This document shows positions 1-16,663 of a stretch of 64,000 nt of DNA, piece after piece. Location of the stretch: the NCBI GenBank assembly GCA_951406725.2, contig OX597824.1:70370001-70434000 (forward strand), in the 5' to 3' direction. A program made the position numbers and the translations under genes. The DNA comes from Octopus vulgaris. Its lineage: Eukaryota. The stretch's first letter is position 1; each line of letters starts with the position of its first letter. The notes beneath the pieces were generated by a model that saw only the letters and a program-made list of their open reading frames with translations, was not told where the DNA came from and made no database searches.

Positions 1-164
1 TGTGACACTGATTCTGATGGCGGATTACATTAAGGAGGGTTATAAATGTCTACGGTGTACTCAACCAGAAAACGAAAAATTAATTATAATTCAATGAGTA
101 GTATTACGAAGAATAACGTATATCTTTGAGAAACAATGCGCATATATACAAGTGAACATCATAT

Positions 165-297
165 ATATGTACACACACACGTACGTACGTACATACATAC
201 ATACATACATACATACATACATACATACATACATACATACATGCATGCATGCATGCATGCATGCATGCATACATGCATACATACATACATACATACA

Positions 298-330
<33 letters not shown>

Positions 331-377
331 CGTTTGTAGAAAACAAATTCAGATACAAATACATATACATATATAGC

Positions 378-458
<81 letters not shown>

Positions 459-600
459 AACACATACATACACACACCTATATATACATATATAATATAC
501 ACACAAACATATTTATCAATATATACACACGTGCGCGCGTATATACATACATACACACATATATATATATATTTAATGTTCACGTGTATATATGTATATA
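165..600. repeat. Compound microsatellite (CATA)n/(CATG)n/(TA)n/(CA)n
   Basis: Direct reading; accounts for the HTYI/MYVC ORFs. Confidence 0.95.
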
Positions 601-925
601 CGGGGTGAGAATTAAACGGTGAAGCCAAACGCGGAAAAGACCATCATGCACACAACGACTTTTTCACCTCCCAGTCGCCGACATCTTCCCGCATCCCCCC
701 CCTCTCTCTCTCTCTCTACTAAAGAACAGGCGGGCACGTGTCACGCAAGGTATTAAAGTGTTTCTCAACTATGATCCTCACCCGCCACAAACATCTACCT
801 ACCCCCAGCTGCAATTTAATAAATAAAAAGAGCATTAAGGTGTTACGAAAAGAAAAAAGGGAAGAACAATAAGAAGAAAATGGAAAGACTCTTAAAGCTT
901 AATTGTTCCACACAGTGAAGCAAAG

Positions 926-1212
<287 letters not shown>

Positions 1213-1429
1213 TAAAAAATAACACACACACACACACGCACACAAACATATACACACACATACAGATATATATGTGCGCGCATGCAAGTGCAGGACGGAC
1301 GTGAAAGGGTGTTATGTACAAAGATATAAAATTTAAGCAAACACACCTAGATTGAAAGACACAAACATACGATTTATTAGAGATTGTTAATGTGTTTATG
1401 CTCAGGAAGCGGAAGAGATGTTTATTCGT

Positions 1430-1480
<51 letters not shown>

Positions 1481-1789
1481 TGTGAGTGTGTGTGTGTGTG
1501 TGTGTGTATGTGTGCGTGCGTGCGTGTTAGATGTAACATGAAGTGTGTTTTGATATCTAAATTCCAACAATGGAGTTTTCTTTTCTTTAACTAGTTCATC
1601 ATCCTTTTCTGGAATGAACTTTCCGGAATTCCAAACCACGTTTACACACACACACACACACCTTTTACTCAGGAGGGATGACAAATACACTCATAACCCG
1701 TTAATATTGCAAGCCCAAGAGGAGAGAAAGCGGGATTCCTGAAACCAGAAACCTGGTTTGATTAAAAAAAGAAAAGAACAAGGATAAAG

Positions 1790-2300
1790 CATCTCCCCAA
1801 GTCATATAATCTCACAGGGACCGGTTTCCAGGTTTCCATTGCTTGTATTATATTTCTCCAACGGGATGGGACGCCCGCCCATCGCAGGATTACTCACTTT
1901 TGGTAGCTGAGTGAACTGGTGCAACATGAAATGAAGTGATTTGCTAAAGAGCACAACGCAGAACTCAGCCCTAGAACTGGAACCACAATCTTACGAGGGG
2001 CGTTCAATAAGTAATGCCCCTGACCCACTTCCCATAGCAGTAGAGCAACGAAACTTGGCACAGCTAGGAACCACCCAGAGTTACGCATTTCTCCCATCGT
2101 TTGATGCAGCTCTGGAGACCGTTTTTGTAGAAGACCCCAGCTTGGTCCTCCAACCACGACGTGACTTCAGAAATCAAGGCTGCATCATCTGGGAAACGCT
2201 TTCCTTTCAAAAACAACTTCATGGCAGGGTCAGGGGCATTACTTATTGAACGTCCCTCGTACGATCAAGAGTCCAACACCCTAACCACTGAGCCATGCGT
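1790..2300 (-). mobile_element. SINE family D (tRNA-derived head, CORE-like segment), interrupted by a mariner MITE
   Basis: Homologous to the copies at 14195-14450, 31185-31433 and 42024-42240. Minus-strand head TGGCTCAGTGGTTAGGG. Confidence 0.8.
1994..2259 (-). mobile_element. Mariner deletion derivative (MITE), 33-bp TIRs, TA TSD
   Basis: TIR CGAGGGGCGTTCAATAAGTAATGCCCCTGACCC at 1994-2026 and its inverse at 2227-2259 (1 mismatch). TA at 1992-1993 and 2260-2261. Minus-strand 2222-2064 encodes MKLFLKGKRFPDDAALISEVTSWLEDQAGVFYKNGLQSCIKRWEKCVTLGGS*, a mariner transposase C-terminus. The empty site AATCTTACGATC is seen in the SINE D copy at 31384-31395. Confidence 0.93.
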
Positions 2301-2451
2301 TTCCACTTCTGGCCTGGTTGCTTCTAAAAGAATTAACTCCGCAGAAGGTATTCGAAGTGTAAAGTGTTGTGTTCAACGGGATGTTGTTTTAAGCCTACCA
2401 CACAAATATGGGTGTATATAGCACACGTACTTGTAGACATAGATAATCATG

Positions 2452-2843
2452 TACTCTTTTACTTGTTTCAGGCATTTGTGGCCATGCTGGAGCACCGCCT
2501 TTAATCGAGCAAATCGACCCCAGGACTCATTCTTTGTAAGCCTAGTACTTATTCTATCGGTCTCTTTTTGCCGAACCGCTAAGTGACGGGGACGCAAACA
2601 CACCAGCATCGCTTGTCAAGCGATGTTGGGGTGGGGGGACAAACACAGACATAAACATATACACACAGACATATATACATATATACGACGGGCTTCTTTC
2701 AGTTTCCGTCTACCAAATCCAGTCACAAGGCTTTGGTCGGCCCGAGGCTATAGTAGAAGGCACTTGCCCAAGATGCCACGCAGTGGGACTGAACCCAGAA
2801 CCATGTGGTTGGCAAGCAAGCTACTTACCACACAGCCACTCCT
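2452..2843 (-). mobile_element. SINE family B, full length (tRNA head, CORE-like segment, internal microsatellite)
   Basis: Minus strand begins AGGAGTGGCTGTGTGGTAAG (A box), then GGTTCAGTCCC (B box) and CTTGGGCAAGTG (CORE-like), and ends in a GAGTAAAA-type tail. Many homologues in the window. Confidence 0.9.
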
Positions 2844-3869
2844 ATGCCTATATCGATACGTACACACAAACATACGTGTATGTTTGTGTGTACGTATCGA
2901 TATGAGTATGTCTATTCGTATATGTGTTTGTGTGGAGGTTCGTGTGTGTGATTGTGTATTAGAAATGTGTTTTTCTTTGTTAAAACAAGAAACTACAAAA
3001 TGAAATGAAGATTTGATAGTGTTTATAACAGAATAAAGGATTAGAAATTTATTTGTTAAAGCTGGAAGTATTTGAGAGAAACACTGGCCAAAAGTTTGAT
3101 TATTAAAATATATTCTTGTGAAGCATGGATGCTGTTGTAGCATTCACAGACAACCACATAATTACTTAGTGAACTTCTTGTACAATACAGACACTTCATA
3201 AAATACCTGCTTAGACTTTTGCTATCTCCTAGTTGTAGGCTACAATCCGTTATATACTGCAAAGGCTAGTTTATTTACCGTTTTTTATGCAGTTGTTATA
3301 TCATTTCTCTTGTTAAGATTGCTAACAACGACTATATTACATACAATTTGATTTTCAGGTACAGAAGCTATTGTGAAAAATAATAAGGAAAACTACCTGA
3401 GTGGATGGAATAAAATAAAGATGCAAGAAAGATGCAAATCAAGAAGAATTGTCAAAATTTCCAAGTTTTTGAGGCCTGTATTTTTTTTATTCAGCAAGTA
3501 CGCGACAACCGTTTCAGCAGAGTTGGAAACTCTCTGATGGCTTTGTACCTGTTTTCAACCCAGATGAAGGCTTTTAGGCCCTCTGAAACCAGCAAATTCC
3601 CAGCAAATTCCTAGTTTCGTTTAAGAAGATGGCGACAGTACCCAGGCTGCTTCGGATGGATAGGTGTGTGAGTGTGGTTTGCCCGCTTGGCCAGCAGGGT
3701 AACACCCTTCGAAAGTTAAAACAATGTAAAGCGCATTGTTATCAACGGTATATAAATATTAGAGTCTTATCGAAGCAGTCATACCATGATTATACAAGCT
3801 ATATCACACACATACACACAGACACACGCACACACACACACACACACTGGTATACATACACACATGATA

Positions 3870-4103
3870 GGCGGCGAGCTGGCAGAAACGTTAGCACGCC
3901 GGGCGAAATGCGTAGCCGTATTTCGTCTGCCGTTAACGTTCTGAGTTCAAATTCCGCCGAGGCCGACTTTGCCTTTCATCCTTTCGGGGTCGATAAATTA
4001 AGTACCAGCTACGCACGGAGTCGATGTAATCGACTTAATCCGTTTGTCTGTCCTTGTTTGTCCCCCTCTGTATTTAACCCATTGTGGGTAGTAAAGAAAT
4101 AGG
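3870..4103 (+). mobile_element. SINE family A, full length (tRNA-like head, Nin/Deu-like central domain)
   Basis: GGCGGCGAGCTGGCAGAA head, B box GAGTTCAAATTCC, GCCTTTCATCCTTTCGGGGTCGATAAA domain. 15-bp TSD ATACATACACACATG at 3852-3866 and 4105-4119. Confidence 0.92.
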
Positions 4104-4670
4104 CATACATACACACATGTGTATGTTGATATTTATATATGATCATACTCCCCGCCAACATGAATACATTGATGTCTGTTTTATGTCAAGTTAAATATAA
4201 AGAAAATTTGATGTTAAACCGAAGGATTATTCAATGCTTTTCAGTCCAGTACAGTACATAATCAATTCCTTTCAAAAAAGGAAGGCTGACAGTGACTTCA
4301 AAGTTTTGGCTTAACCAATCCACAACTTAGAAAAAGCCTAAATAAGCTTCCACCCTCCAATCAAATCACTCCACCCATTGCCAAGGCCCGAAATATCATT
4401 ATATAAAAAAACAACAAAAAAAAGATTTCATCCTGTATCCATGTTGTTGTTGATTGTTGTTGTTATTGTTGTTACGCAACAAGACGGGTAAGGGTGAGTA
4501 GGTGATGGTCTGGGCTTAGGGGCTGGAGACCTTGGGAAAAAAAAAATTTTTGGTCGTCTTGTTGTAGTAGAGGGCTCTTCGTTGACGCCCGACACCACTG
4601 GGAGGTGGCCCTCGAAGTCGCTGGAAATGGAGATCTCCGGGTCCAAATTCTTGAACGGCTGTTCTTTTAA

Positions 4671-5270
4671 TTGTTTAGCCCCAAGTCGGCATTAGTCGAG
4701 TAGAGCTGTGGTCAAAATATCTTTTGTTTACAGTGTATCTCGGATTATGTTATGAAACAAGAAAGGCGGCGAGCTGGCAGAATCGTTAGCACGCCGGGCG
4801 AAATGCGTAGCCGTATTTCGTCTGTCGTTACTTTCCGAGTTCAAATTCCGCCGAGGTCGACTTTGCCTTTCATTCTTTCGGGGTCGATAAATTAAGTACC
4901 AGTTACGCACTGGGGTCGATGTAATCGACTTAATCCCTTTGTCTGCCCTTGTTTGTCCCTTCTGTGTTTAGCCCCTTGTGGGTAGTAAAGAAATAGGTAT
5001 TTCGTCTGCCGCTACGTTCTGAGTTCAAATTCCGCCGAGGTTGACTTTGCCTTTCATCCTTTCGGGGTCGATAAATTAAGTACCAGTTACGCACTGGGGT
5101 CGATATAATCGACTTAATTCCTTTGTCTGTCCTTGTTTGTCGCTTCTGTGTTTAGCCCCTTGTGGGTAGTAAAGAAATATATGTTATGAAACAAGTCCGA
5201 TTTTTAAGATAAGCTATAGTGATGGCAATGATTCCTTTTTTTTTTTTCGCTGCTATTTCTAGCTGGTCTT
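4671..5270 (-). mobile_element. Dispersed repeat family E, interrupted by a SINE A dimer
   Basis: TTGTTTAGCCCCAAGTC...GCTGCTATTTCTAGC motifs. Homologous pieces near 11960-12135, 12770-13000, 14500-14650, 26308-26500, 30735-30970, 42290-42800 and 53690-53895. Confidence 0.6.
4762..5179 (+). mobile_element. SINE family A with a 184-bp internal tandem duplication, 16-bp TSD
   Basis: GTATTTCGTCTG at 4813 and 4997. TSD TATGTTATGAAACAAG at 4746-4761 and 5180-5195. Confidence 0.93.
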
Positions 5271-5797
5271 GTAGACAAGAAAAAAGCCCTCCCGCGGGTC
5301 GGCAGGTCTGCTGCGGACAACAGAACAACAGACACGTGCACATTATATGAAAGATACATTAGGTGTGTGTGCGTATGTGCTTATGCATGAAGTAAGTGTG
5401 TGCATGCATGAGCTTGTATGAGTTAAGTAGAGAGAGACTGATACATACAACAATAGACTATACAAGCAACATTTTAACAAACACACGCACACATACACAC
5501 ACATAACATACAGTATATACACAAACGGATGTAAAGAGAGAGGGGGGGTAATGGATACACAGAAAGAGATGAGAGAAAGAAACAGGTAAAAAAAAAAATT
5601 GAAGCTAACAAACAATCTTATTAAAAACAAAATCAATATATATATATATATACATACATATATAAATATGTCTTTGAGTATGTATCTGCAATTTATGTGA
5701 GTGTATACATACGCGCGCGCGTGTGTATTTATGTATGTGTCTATGTGTGCATGTGCATCTGTGCGTATATGTGTGTGTGTGCATGTGTACCTGAGCG

Positions 5798-5841
<44 letters not shown>

Positions 5842-5967
5842 GTGTGTGTGTGTGTGTTGTAGACACAAATAACACGGAGCAAAAAATTGACAGATTCATC
5901 AATATTCAACAACAGGTGTCATTATCTGATTGCATTTGCATGTGTACACACCTGTATGTATGCGTAT

Positions 5968-6006
<39 letters not shown>

Positions 6007-6144
6007 ACGATATATACCACTGTGTGTGTGAGTGTGTGTATGTGTGTGCATATCTGTTGAAATATTTGTGCATATTATTATGCACGTGTATATAAAAATA
6101 AGCACACACACACATATATATACATATATAAATACATACATACG

Positions 6145-6211
<67 letters not shown>

Positions 6212-6402
6212 ATATGTATGTATTTACACAGCACAACAATGCAACGACATATCTAAATTAATCTAAAGATGAGGTATTTCTCACTGAAAGTGCGCAATGC
6301 ATAATTAAAAAATTAATTAGCGCTATGAGAACAATGTCTGCCAAGGAAATAGAAGAAGGCATTAGAAAGCATCCTGAACATATAACATACAGAACTGATA
6401 TG

Positions 6403-6965
6403 CGCATGAGTGGCTGAGTGGTCAAGAAGCTCGCTTTGCAAGCGCATGATTACGTGTTCAGTCCCATTGTACGGCAGCTTGGGCAAATGTTGTCTTTTAT
6501 TATGGTCCCGAGCTGACCATTGACTTGTGACTGAATTTGGTAGAGAGAAGCTGTGTGTGTGTGTGTGTGTGTGTATTTGTATTTGTCCCTCAACACTACC
6601 ATCACCGCTTGACAACCGATGTTGGCTTGTTTACGTCCCCGAAACTTGGTGATGTAGCAAAAAAAAAAGGTAGAATATGTACGGGGCTTGACAATAAGTA
6701 TTGGGTTCGATTTGTTCGATTAAACTCGTTATTGTGGTGCCCAAGCATGGCCGTAGTCAATGACGAACAAGGAAAAGTCAAAACGTATGCGTGTGTGTAT
6801 GTGTATGTGTGCGTGTGTGTGCGCGCGCGTGTGTGTTTTCTCCGCCGCTTGACAACCGGAGTTGGTTTGTTTATGCACCCGTAACTTGGAGGTTCGAGGA
6901 AAAACAAAGACGGCTAGAAGAAAAACAATAAATACCGGGGTAGATCGGTAATTCAACAGCCCTTT
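6403..6965 (+). mobile_element. SINE family B, diverged copy plus a partial second 3' half
   Basis: TGGCTGAGTGGTCAAG head, CTTGGGCAAATG, and CCGCTTGACAACCG twice. Confidence 0.75.
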
Positions 6966-7344
6966 CAGCATCATTAGATAAACTGGCTAAGAACGGAGGG
7001 TCACTTGAGCTTCGAAATGCTCCTCTTGTCCACCCATGTTTCGTTCTCTCTCCCTAACGCCTCCTAAACATTCGCACACTGCCACACGGCATTCATTAAT
7101 CCTTCCCTTCCCCACCCCTGGTCCTAATCACCTCGTTGACTGTTATGGCTCAGGGACACCAGGGCGGTTGGTGAATCTGTTCACTACAGCGCTGTTGTTT
7201 ATAGGCTAGCTTCCAGAGCAACACCGGGCAGGAACTGAACTAAACATGCCGAGACATTTGAACATGATTACAATTACATTGTAATTACATTCCTTTAAGT
7301 AGGAAATAAGCTGTTTCACAAATTCTTCAATAATAACGATAGAA

Positions 7345-7940
7345 GTGCGTGCAAGAATTTACCAATTCCGGTAAACGCTAGAATAGAATACTATATTTCT
7401 TCGAGTAGCACTGAAGCCACACCTGAAGCCATTAATGGAAAAGGATGTATGTTCCATAATGGATAGACCGATTTTATAATTGTTAATACTTTCATCCTTT
7501 AAATTCCAGATATACATGGAAAGTGAAGTGGTGAGGTGACTTTCTGAATCTGGATCGACACGTATGTTTTGACATATGTTGCAAGAATGCTCTTCAGTAT
7601 GCCCTTCATAGGTTTTTGTTTCCTTCTTATTGATAAGAGAGACTTCAGCTCTATAAACTAATACATTTCAATGACAAATACCGTTGAGAGAACAGGCATT
7701 AAGGTAGTAGAAATTACACCACAAAGATTTTTGTGGGATCGTACCGCAAAGGTCACTTGTTTTCATGCCTATGGAAGCACTATAAATTCTAGTGCAAATA
7801 AAATCCTTTAAACGACATTTTTATTGAATATCTTATGATATTTATAGCCAAGACAATACTTATTTATAAAGAATATCAGGAGATTTAGAAACGGAGAAAT
7901 ATAAGGAGGAGTATACCAAGAAACATTTCGTTTCTTGGAT
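7345..7940 (-). pseudogene. Penelope-like element remnant: RT-EN linker and GIY-YIG endonuclease (Neptune-type Cys-rich C-terminus), with stops and frameshifts
   Basis: Manual minus-strand translation gives KKRNVSWYTPPY..FLNLL..KYHKIFNKNVV, then CNFYYLNACSLNGICH*NVLVYRAEV..KETKTYEGHTE..TSLSMYIWNLKD..RCG, then CYSKKYSIL and PELVNSCTH. These match, in order, the PLE motifs WFNPP, HKIFN, CNC-CPLxGxC, VY-YIG, LSxYIWxLK, CxLC-EK and EL-S-CRH. Confidence 0.82.
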
Positions 7941-8137
7941 TTTAAATTTAGTAAATACATCCAATAGGACAACTCTAATATGTATAAATAATTAGAGTTG
8001 TTTTATCGTAATTATACTCACTAAACGTTTTCTTAAATATTTCAGTGTAACAATAAACGATATGTCTGGTTTAAAAAAAGAAAGCCATATCAGATGCCAT
8101 GATAGAGGACAAACTCTGCATAAGGAGTAGACAACCA

Positions 8138-11870
<3,733 letters not shown>

Positions 11871-12184
11871 AGGTATGTGTATTACGTATAATATAAGTAT
11901 GACTTACGTCTACAATTTGTTTACGAACCTATGTACCATGTCATTTTTGTGGTTCTTTAAACCCAGCTGAATACTTAACTAAACACACAGTATGATCAAA
12001 CGTGTTTCACCCGTGACCAACCCGTCATTTGAGAAGACTTTTGGTATTGTATTATTTTATAACATGGTCGATATATTTTTATGACGATGGATCCGAGGAA
12101 GATTTCGCTGCTATTTCTAGCGTATCGATAACCACTTAGAGACATAATTTTTTTTAATATCTTTCATCTTTTTCTTTTAAAATT

Positions 12185-12520
12185 TTACTTCTTTTCTTTT
12201 ACACTTATTGAACCGTGGCCATGCTGGGGCACCGCCTTAAAGGGTTTAGTCGAACTAATCGACCCTGGTACTCATTATATATTTAAAACCCGGTCCATAT
12301 TCTATCGGTCGCTCTTTGCCAAACCGCAAGTTGACGACTACAACGTTACGAGGCAAACGGTGGTAAAGGACAAACACACAAACATAAGATGGGCTTCCTC
12401 GCAGTTTTTGTCTAACAAATTCGTTCACAAGACATTAGTTGGACCCGAGTGCCGCGCAGTGGGAACGAACCCGAAACCACGTGGCTTCAAACGAGCTGCT
12501 TAACCACACATCTATGCCTT
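12185..12520 (-). mobile_element. SINE family B, diverged
   Basis: GGCCATGCTGGGGCACCGCC...GAAACCACGTGG...TAACCACACA, homologous to 2452-2843. Confidence 0.8.
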
Positions 12521-13631
12521 GCGTCGATATATATATATATTTTAGGTTTCTGCTCTTTTTTATTTATTCATTCATTCATTTATATATTTATTTATTTATA
12601 TGTGTGTGTGTGTGTGTGTGTGTGTCACAAGCTATTATCTTGGTAATGTATTTCAGACGAAGAAAACTAATGATTAATGATTTTAATTAATTATAAAAAT
12701 TGTTTCAAATGCTCATTAGGAATGTCCGACCATGGTGGGGAGGGGGTCAAGAAAAGTAGGTACTTTTGCAAGGTCACTCGACTTGTTAGAATAAGGAGTT
12801 AAATGGCCCTCAACATCAACCACCATCACCATACTATCACCTAAAAACACGAGAAAATTTCAATGCTAGTTGCCCCTACATACGTACACACACACACACA
12901 CGAGATAGTCACGGCTGGAACGCCATTGCTCATTAAAGTCAGTTCGATTAGTACTGATTCAGGAGGGTGGTGGACGAGAGCTAATATAACAACAACAACA
13001 TCTTACATTGAGTATTTCGAGTTCGACCCCTGCCAGAGGTGGTCGATTTTGATTTTGACCATAATCGATAAAATAATACCAACGGATCAATCAATCAATC
13101 CTTAGAATCGAACATTTTAATAAATAATTTTAGGACGAAATTATTTTTAAAGTTGACGCGTGTTTCTTTTATAAATTGGTTTATTTTCTTTTATTCTTAT
13201 TTTATATTTGCTTTCATTTAATTATTGGTAAGGAATATTTCGTGATTATTTCGTTTCATATACACAGAATTTTAACGAACGCACGTACATACACGTGCGC
13301 ATGTGTGAGTGTGTGTGTGTAAACCTTTTGACATGTGGGTGTGTTTCGTCTTTTAAGAAATTCAAATATTCATATGTCATTCTTCAAAAACCTGTATTCT
13401 TAATCCCACATAACCCAGAATAGAAGCCCCCCCAACGAGAGAGCCCTCACATTATCGTCAAACTTTCTAACCGAATCTTCCTCAAACCACACAGTTTATC
13501 GTCTTTGAAAAAAAAAATGAAAGGCGACGTTGAATAATGTAGGGATGGCTATAGTTGGAACACCTTTGGTCATACATCTGCTTGATGAGAGATCGCCTGG
13601 CAATGAACGACTACAACAGTTGTTATAAATA

Positions 13632-13643
13632 TTATAATAACAA

Positions 13644-13735
<92 letters not shown>

Positions 13736-13800
13736 TAATAATAATAATAATAATAATAATATAATAATAATAATAATAATTATTATTATTATTATTACTA
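13632..13800. repeat. (ACT)n/(AAT)n/(ATT)n trinucleotide microsatellite
   Basis: Direct reading. Confidence 0.95.
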
Positions 13801-13809
13801 TTTTCTTCA

Positions 13810-14185
13810 GGCACGAGCGTGGCTGTGTGGTAAGAAGCTGGCTTTCCAACCATACAGTTTTGGGTTCAATCTCACTGCTTGATACCTTGGGCAAGTATCT
13901 TCAGCTATAGCCTCGGATCGACCAAACACTTGTGAGTGGATTTGGAAGACGAAAACTCAAAGAGACCCGTCGTATCACACGCGCATGCGTTTGTACCCCC
14001 ACCCCACAGCTTGACAACCGCTGTCTGCGTGTTTACATCCCCATAACTTAGCAGTTCGGCAAAAGAGAAATGATAGAAAAAATACCAAGCGTAAAAAAAA
14101 AAATAATTATAAGTACTGGGGGCGATTCATTCGACTAAAAACTCAAGCCGGTGCCCCAGCATGGCCGCAGTAGTAGATAAAAGAT
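13810..14185 (+). mobile_element. SINE family B
   Basis: GTGGCTGTGTGGTAAGAAGC, GGTTCAATC, CCTTGGGCAAGT, GTGCCCCAGCATGGCCGCAG. Confidence 0.85.
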
Positions 14186-14194
14186 GAGCCCCTG

Positions 14195-14450
14195 GATCTA
14201 TAAGGCGGGAGGTTTACTCGGTTTCCGTGATGTACACGTGATTAAGATTACAACACTCCCCCATCCCGAACAAGATGCAGGTCCGTCGCGGGATTAACCT
14301 CGCAGCCATTGTTGGAACTCATCCATTTCCACCTGAGTGGACAGACAGGTGCAACGTGAAATGAAGCGTTGGCACAAGAACACAACGTACCTCCCCAGTT
14401 TGGAATCGAAACGACGATCTTACGATCCAGACCAGTGTGCCACGCACCTT
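14195..14450 (-). mobile_element. SINE family D, diverged
   Basis: GCAACGTGAAATGAAG...CAAGAACACAAC...GGAATCGAAAC...CTTACGATC. Confidence 0.7.
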
Positions 14451-15004
14451 CCCCAACAGCGAATAGTAACCATGGCAATCTTAGTGGAGAGTCAGTAAAG
14501 AAGATTCAACATGTTCGATCGACTTGCTGGAAATAATATTCAAATCATCCTCAAAATTTGCTCGAAATAATATTCAAATCATCCTCAAAATTTGCTGGAA
14601 ATAGCATCCAAAACACCCCCAAATTACACCCTACCATCTTCAGACATATAATCCGGTCTTGGGTGCCCATCCTCTCTCTCTATTTGTATCTTGCATGATT
14701 GTTTGAACACGAATTTGTCACAAATTCCATTCATAATCATTGGATCAATGACGAACGAGTTTTTTTCCATCTGTCTTGGTGGTCACTTCTGTAACGGCTA
14801 CTGCTCAATGTTTAGCGTTTTTTTCCCTTTTTTTTTTAGTATTGATTTTAGAGCATCGGTTTGCTGACCCGTTGAGAATTATTATTTTTACCCCAAGAAT
14901 AGGGGCTGGTATTGGACATCACAATGTGTCCATACAACAATATCCTCCCTAAGTTTCCATATTCCCCGGTCTTTGGTCAGAAAAGAATAGAAAAAAAACT
15001 TCTC

Positions 15005-15485
15005 GCAAGACATGGTTGTGTAGTTAAAAAGCTCGTTTTGCAACCACATGGTTCCGGGGTTCAGTCCCACTGCGCGGCACTATAGGCAAGCCTCTTCTCT
15101 CATAGCCCCGGATTGACCAATGTTATGTGAACAAATTTGATAAACGGAAACTGTGTGGAACCCCGTCGTTTATACACACACACACACACAAGCACATATA
15201 TATGCATGTATGTGTGTGTCTTTGAATTCATGTTTGTCCCCCTCTACCACCACCACTACCACCGCTTGACATCCGCTGCTGGTTTGTTTACGTCCCCGTA
15301 ACCTAGCGGCTCGGCAAACGCAACTAATAGAGTAATATAGTATCAGACTTTAAATAATGATGATGATGATGATGATGATAATAATAAAACAAGAAGTACT
15401 AGGGTCAATGTGTTCGACTACAACCTTCAAAGTGGAGCCCTAGCATGGTCGCAGTCCAATGACTGAAATGAGGTACAAGAAACAA
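15005..15485 (+). mobile_element. SINE family B
   Basis: CAACCACATGGTTCCGGGGTTCAGTCCCACTGCG...TTTACGTCCCCGTAAC...AGCATGGTCGCAGTC. Confidence 0.85.
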
Positions 15486-16475
15486 GACGAGAAGACAAGA
15501 CTGCAAAGGACCAAATTTTAGGTTCCTGGACACTCGTGCCCGTTGTCAGAACCCGGTCAGCATCACAGTTCGTACTGTAGTCTTCGAGAGCAGAGCAAGA
15601 GATGAACGTTGATTGGTCTGGGAGTAGCAACAAATTACCCAGGAGCAATGTGCACTTTTAAAGAAGCACCCAGCTAGATACAAAAATCTCTCTTTGTCTC
15701 ATCCTCGCTCTAAAACCAAAACTAGAGCAAAGAAGAAAAAAAGGAAAGAAAGAAAGAGAAAATTCGGGATAGTGCCCTCGATCGAGGATGGGTAGGAGGT
15801 GACTTAGAGTTAAAAAGGAATCGTCAAATATCTCGTAAGGATGAAAAGGAAAAAAAAAATTGACAGACGAGGATTTGAACTCAAAACGTAATGGTTATGG
15901 TAACTAACTAAATCAGGCAAAAAGGCAGAGCCTGACATTCTACCGTATCTGTCCATTCCACGGGTCCTTCTAATGTTAAGTAACGGGTTCAGATACCAAA
16001 GGTGAGGCTAAAATTACTTTTGGAATAAGAGAGGAGAGTCTGTCGATTATATTGAGCCAATCACTCGACTGGTGAACTTAAATGTATTGACCCACCACTA
16101 TACGAAAGGTAAATTTCGATTTGGATAGATTTTTTTATCTCAGAAGGTACTATTTTGTTCGCCGGTCTACAGATATCTTCAGATTTAATTCACAGGCAGC
16201 TCTATAAACCTGGTATTGCATTTTAAACGGTCGGAGTAGGTATATAACGAAGTTGACACCAACTGGATTTGAGCGCAGAACGAATATGTTGATAGATAGA
16301 TAGATGGATAGATGGATGGATGGACGGATAGAGAAGGAGGGGGTGAGAGATAAAGATAGCAGCATGTGATAATATATGATGTGTTAATCCTAGGAATATT
16401 TCTGATCTAGACTAAATTCACTTTCGTTTCATGAATTGAACAATTTTAAAAGTAGATTAAAAACCTTTCTAAAAA

Positions 16476-16508
<33 letters not shown>

Positions 16509-16632
16509 GTTTAAATATATATATATATACACACACACATTTTATAAATAGATAATCAAGACAAACACAGATGCGTGTGTATGGATGTATTATATATTTG
16601 ATTTTTAACATATGCATATATAGTTATATGAT

Positions 16633-16663
<31 letters not shown>

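Noticed and set aside
3870-3960. tRNA-like A/B-box sequences here and at 24045-24117, 25956-26020 and 42024-42095
   Set aside because: No complete cloverleaf with a paired acceptor stem; each continues into a SINE body, so they are SINE heads, not tRNA genes.
3629-4102. Recurrent peptides such as VLSSNSAEVDFAFHPFGVDK and LRSEFKFRRGRLCLSS in several ORFs
   Set aside because: They recur only because they are frames of SINE A; they are not a protein family.
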